Positions 60,172-64,000 of a stretch of 64,000 bases of DNA are shown here, piece by piece; within the stretch, counting starts at the first letter, position 1; each line of letters starts with the position of its first letter. Made by a program: the position numbers and the translations under genes. Under the pieces are notes generated by a model. That model had not been told where the DNA came from, searched no databases, and worked only from the letters and a program-made list of their open reading frames with translations. The stretch is from an uncultured Thermoplasmata archaeon (GTDB taxonomy: Archaea; Thermoplasmatota; Thermoplasmata; UBA10834), in the NCBI GenBank assembly GCA_963719945.1, contig CAVRDX010000004.1:256001-320000 (forward strand), in the 5' to 3' direction.

Positions 60172-60986
60172 GACTTCCCAAATACTTATTGTGGGAAGGG
60201 TCATATAGGTGGAATTGGGTCGTAGCGTGGGGACATGGCATCGAAAGCGCGACTATTTCAAGTAAATCGACGAATGCTGTACGGAATTCTGGCTCTCGCA
60301 GTTGCCGTTACTGTGATTTTGGCTGGTATCTTGTACTATCTGGATGCCCACCGATACCCGTCCGAAGAAACTCCTCTCGTGTTGCGCTCCTGGGGAATCA
60401 GCTGGGTCATGGAGCAGGAAGATCTCGATCATCTATTTCTAGTGTCTCCGTTTGAGAACATTAGTTTGTTGTGGACCGATTTCGGTGGCGTCTATTACGG
60501 GAGCCCACCTCTGAATTCGACATTCCCTCGGGTGAGCATATCTCAATTCGAGCTGCCGGACAACGTGACAACATTGTTCGAGACTTACATCGTCGGTTGG
60601 CATTCCGACAACACTGTGAATGGAGTCCGCATCATTGGCGCGTACGGAGTCTTCATAACGGACGAGAATGAGAACGGCTTGTTTGACTATGGGGACGCAA
60701 TCTCTCTCTTCTATGGAGTCTATGAGAATGGCACACTGACTCAACAGGGATTTCAAAGCGCTACTGAATATGGCATAGGACTATACTCTTCAGAAAATCT
60801 CTTGCATTCATCCATACAGTTCAAGTACGCAATCCATCACGAAAGGCTTTACGCCTGGGCATCAAATTAGCCTGAAGATTGGATGGAAAGAAAGAGGGTT
60901 TTGTGCCCGAGTGCATCTTCCCCGTGATTGAATCTCTGAGTTAGACTACTGGTCTAGCGGCATGGCGATACCCACCGGGCCCGCCA
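60156..60986. mobile_element. Putative integrase-free mini-element/cassette A (815-bp unit)
   Basis: Bounded by direct repeats CCCACCGGGCCCGCCA (60156-60171, 60971-60986); one ORF; conserved arm at the right end. Confidence 0.6.
60235..60870 (+). CDS. Hypothetical single-TM membrane-anchored protein (cassette A cargo)
   Basis: 211 aa; N-terminal TM; DENENGLFDYGD Ca-binding-like loop; lower-GC codons by eye. Confidence 0.7.
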   Translation: MASKARLFQVNRRMLYGILALAVAVTVILAGILYYLDAHRYPSEETPLVLRSWGISWVMEQEDLDHLFLVSPFENISLLWTDFGGVYYGSPPLNSTFPRVSISQFELPDNVTTLFETYIVGWHSDNTVNGVRIIGAYGVFITDENENGLFDYGDAISLFYGVYENGTLTQQGFQSATEYGIGLYSSENLLHSSIQFKYAIHHERLYAWASN

Positions 60987-60988
60987 CC
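60897..60988 (+). repeat. att-like repeat copy 1 (arm plus tRNA-Arg 3' end)
   Basis: TGCATC..TGATTGAA-11-GACTACTGG-9-ATGGCGATACCCACCGGGCCCGCCACC; aligns with 62560-62650. Confidence 0.9.
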
Positions 60989-62648
60989 ATCCATAGCCAG
61001 TAATCAAGTCTCGCTTCTCAATCAGGGTCTTTAGTGTGCCGGGGTTCCTACCATTTACCGAAGGTTCGTGGGCCAAGGATTCGGTTTGAATCACCGGTCC
61101 TCATGAAGTCCCGTGACATCCATCCATTCCTGGTGTTCTCTCCTCTTCCTACGTCTATGCATTATTAGGCCCACGACCGCGACAGCAACGAATCCGACTA
61201 GAGCCGTCCGCAAGCCAGAATCGTACAGCGCGTACTCAAATCGATCTGGGTCGAGCTGGCTGGTCACATAGACAGTCACAGAAGTCTCGCCACTATCTGG
61301 AATGCGCACCTTTTGATAATAGACCACGTGTACATCCCGGCTCTCATCTGTCGCGATCGCGATGCTCTCCTCCCAAGACCATCCTTGACAATCGTCTAGT
61401 ATCTGCACCTTCCATGCTCCATCTGCGTTCGTACAGTATCTCACGGTGTGGTTGGCAGTCTCTCCATCATAGTCCTCGACAAAATACCCCATGTGGATAT
61501 CTCCGTCTGAGTCGACTGTGATCGCCACACCTGTACCATATCCTTTCTCATTTCCCCCATATGCCACATCTTCGCTTTCCCAATCGCCATCAGCATTGGT
61601 GAAGTAGCATAAGCTGTAATTGTCTCCCTTGCTTCTGTAAGCGCTGATGTACGCATTACCTGAGGCGTCATGACAGAGCGATTTCTCGCCAGGGTATCCG
61701 CCCAGATTTGGAATAACGGTGGCGTCAGTCAACTCGCCGTTCGATATGACACTGTAATTGAGTTGCCATGAGATGATAGTGTCCCATCCTAACAGGTCGT
61801 AGGTCGTATAGATCATGCCTATTGATCCGTCCGGGCGACTGTCGACATCATCGATTGAGAATACTCTGTACGGAATATATGACTCCTTTAGAATCGTGCT
61901 GTCCCAGCCTTGCGGAGTGCGTATCATATCGATGATGGATGAATTCATGTTCACGGTTGACTGCCCGGTATCTCTTGAGTAAATCAGGTGGACATTGTCC
62001 TGAGCATCGATTGCAACCTTGGCAGACGAAGGGTACCCCGTTATGTTGATCATCTCGCTTTCCCATTCACCGCCAGCGTTTGTGGCAAATAAGATGTGCT
62101 GACCATATAAGTTCATGACCGGTTTGTACAACGATGTGCACACGTATACTCTATCTTGGGAATCCAGTGCTATCGAAGCACCCTCATGGTCCCAGGATAG
62201 ATATGACAAGCAGGTGAGGTCCCATTCGCCTCCTACTCTCTGTCCGTAAAGGAGTGCATAATATGGACCGTATACTCCGATGTATGCGAGCTGAAGCTCT
62301 CCTTCAGAATCCCACGCCAACTGGTAGAACCCGTCTCCGGCAGATGTGTAACCGAGTTCTTGAGTTGGCCACCGAGAACTTGTCATGTACTCCCAGGCAA
62401 AGCTCGATGTGAAAACCAGGGCGGCTACGACAACTATGCCAACAGTTGCTTTCCTAGTTGTGTCCATTTCCACTCCACCGTGCAAATCCCAAGATGCTTT
62501 TTCAGTATTAAGAATCCACGTGTGCTGCAGAGTCGATATGCACGAAGAGAACTGTAAGTGGTTTGTGTCGAATGCATCATACCCATTGATTGAACCTCCG
62601 TGTCTGACTACTGGCACGGAATGATGGCGATACCCACCGGGCCCGCCA
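60971..62648. mobile_element. Putative integrase-free mini-element/cassette B (1662-bp unit)
   Basis: Bounded by core repeats 60971-60986 and 62633-62648; inverted arm motifs at both ends; one ORF. Confidence 0.65.
61091..62467 (-). CDS. Surface beta-propeller protein with N- and C-terminal TM helices (cassette B cargo)
   Basis: About seven blades of type SIALDSQDRVYV / VAIDAQDNVHLIY / ITVDSDGDIHMGY; C-terminal TM plus RRRKRR; GGTGGAG upstream of ATG 62467. Confidence 0.8.
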   Translation of the reverse strand: MDTTRKATVGIVVVAALVFTSSFAWEYMTSSRWPTQELGYTSAGDGFYQLAWDSEGELQLAYIGVYGPYYALLYGQRVGGEWDLTCLSYLSWDHEGASIALDSQDRVYVCTSLYKPVMNLYGQHILFATNAGGEWESEMINITGYPSSAKVAIDAQDNVHLIYSRDTGQSTVNMNSSIIDMIRTPQGWDSTILKESYIPYRVFSIDDVDSRPDGSIGMIYTTYDLLGWDTIISWQLNYSVISNGELTDATVIPNLGGYPGEKSLCHDASGNAYISAYRSKGDNYSLCYFTNADGDWESEDVAYGGNEKGYGTGVAITVDSDGDIHMGYFVEDYDGETANHTVRYCTNADGAWKVQILDDCQGWSWEESIAIATDESRDVHVVYYQKVRIPDSGETSVTVYVTSQLDPDRFEYALYDSGLRTALVGFVAVAVVGLIMHRRRKRREHQEWMDVTGLHEDR

Positions 62649-62650
62649 CC
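62560..62650 (+). repeat. att-like repeat copy 2 (arm plus tRNA-Arg 3' end)
   Basis: Same motifs and spacing as copy 1, offset 1662 bp; last 27 bp identical. Confidence 0.9.
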
Positions 62651-62768
62651 CTTTCATCATGGGTTGAGCTAGTGAATCTCTATGTGGGCGAACACAATCA
62701 AAGACAGCTATTAATTGCTCCACATGGTTCTGCAGTACGATGATTGGTCGTGATGCGGAGAACGATGT

Positions 62769-63770
62769 ATGATGTCTAGAAGAACTCATGCGGGTTGGCA
62801 AGTACGCCGAGCATCTTCTGACGATGCAGGGCCCATAGTGGCGCTAATCAACGCCCACGCGCGGCACTACTATGGCGAGGACCGTATTGGATTGGATGAA
62901 GTGAGGACGTGGTTCACCTCCCCGGGCGTAGGACAGGACGACACGCAATCTTGGTGGTGGGATGACGGCACGCTTGTGGCTTATGCACAGGTCTACCGAC
63001 CTGGATTTCCGGGTATGTGGGACGTACTACACGATGTTACGGTTCACCCAGATGAGGCTGGTAACGACGAGCTTTGGAACGATGCCTTTGCATGGTGTGA
63101 CCAGTATCAATGGAAGCTGCGACATCAGTCTAGCACATCACATACGAGCATGGTCTGCGGGGCTCGCATCCATGAGAACGACGTAGACAAGCGTAGACAA
63201 TACGAATCACGGGACTTCAAACATATTCGAAACGAGACTCTGATGCGGATTAGATTTCCAGAGGTCGTGTCGAAGGACGTGGCAAATCCAAGCGGGGTCA
63301 CGATACGCGAACTCGACCTGGAGACTGATATGGATGCCTATGCGATGGCTTATGGAGAGGCGTTTCGCGATCACTGGGGCCACGTCGACATTCCGCAAGA
63401 CGAGCAGGTGCGCAGAAAGAAGGCGGAGTTCAAGTCCTGGGGTCAGATGTACGTGCCAGGCCTGTGGTTCGTCGCTCTTGACGGTGACACAATCGTGGGG
63501 AGCGTCGGCAGCTTCCTGAACTTCGGCAATGTCCCAGGACGCTGCTATCTCTATCATGTATTCGTGCGTCGCGCCTGGCGTAACCGCAGGATAGCTACGA
63601 CGCTTCTCCGCACCACATTCCATGAGCTGCAGCAACGCGGTGGGAGGATCGTTGAGCTGCATGTCGATTCTGACAACATGACGTACGGCCTTGAGCTCTA
63701 TCGCGGTCTTGGTATGAAACCGGTTTGGCACCAACGTTTGTACGAGAAGGCGGTCCCGATATCCTGCTAA
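62769..63770 (+). CDS. Tandem-domain GNAT acetyltransferase (MshD-like architecture)
   Basis: VHPD, EAFRDHWG, VRRAWRNRRIA, LHVDSDN and LYRGLGM. Confidence 0.85.
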   Translation: MMSRRTHAGWQVRRASSDDAGPIVALINAHARHYYGEDRIGLDEVRTWFTSPGVGQDDTQSWWWDDGTLVAYAQVYRPGFPGMWDVLHDVTVHPDEAGNDELWNDAFAWCDQYQWKLRHQSSTSHTSMVCGARIHENDVDKRRQYESRDFKHIRNETLMRIRFPEVVSKDVANPSGVTIRELDLETDMDAYAMAYGEAFRDHWGHVDIPQDEQVRRKKAEFKSWGQMYVPGLWFVALDGDTIVGSVGSFLNFGNVPGRCYLYHVFVRRAWRNRRIATTLLRTTFHELQQRGGRIVELHVDSDNMTYGLELYRGLGMKPVWHQRLYEKAVPISC

Positions 63771-63899
63771 CAGCCATCGTCTTCATGCTATTCTCATCGT
63801 AGCTCGCCCTGGTATGATAGAGCCTCCCTGAAATATCTCCGCTGATAACCGTTGCATCGATAATCCATATCTTTTCAGTCACTGCCAGTATCTGAATGA

Positions 63900-64000
63900 C
63901 TAGGCGAGTTCCTTCTCGCGGAACAGGTACGCGCCGAGGACAAGGAATATGATCGTCAGAACGATTATCACGAGGACTGAGTCGAAGAAGCCAGTGGCCT
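63900..64000 (-). CDS. C-terminus of a membrane protein, probably an ABC-2 permease (partial)
   Basis: Manual translation ...DSVLVIIVLTIIFLVLGAYLFREKELA*. Confidence 0.6.
   Translation of the reverse strand, partial: ATGFFDSVLVIIVLTIIFLVLGAYLFREKELA

Noticed and set aside
60897-62650. CRISPR array or extra tRNA genes as an explanation for the repeats
   Set aside because: Spacing is 0.8-1.7 kb with whole genes between copies, there are no cas genes, and the copies contain only the last 16 nt of the tRNA with no cloverleaf.
63595-63882. 95-aa minus-strand ORF
   Set aside because: More than half overlaps the GNAT gene antisense and it has no motif; at most a truncated remnant.

Overview
Archaeal chromosomal window, inferred to be Thermoplasmatota-like (gatDE, S17e, a giant AglB, HVO_0476-pcm, translin-purD, iorAB, a PEF-CTERM protein). 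Positions 1-30.5 kb are mostly housekeeping genes: pyrF end, aglB, trxA, purD, gatDE, thyX, an ABC-2 exporter, a pyrrolysine-free MttB homologue, nfo and rqcH. Positions 30.5-53.7 kb form an accessory-looking block between two inward-pointing tRNAs (Thr, Val). It holds a secreted S8 protease, a DASS transporter, an extra FtsZ, DtxR-FeoB, a DUF134/Mrp/NifX/IscU/COG1149 metal-cofactor operon and a signalling cluster; four genes there carry single-base +1 frameshifts. iorAB, a PEF-CTERM protein and a LeuCD/HacAB pair follow. The most striking signal is at 60.1-62.65 kb, where the 16-bp 3' end of tRNA-Arg(TCG) is repeated twice. Each copy is preceded by the same ~75-bp arm with identically spaced motifs, and the middle copy is dyad-symmetric like a full attP. 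The repeats delimit two integrase-free, single-gene units (815 and 1662 bp) carrying membrane/surface proteins: a candidate tRNA-anchored gene-cassette array mobilised in trans. All calls are by eye from motifs; no database searches were run.
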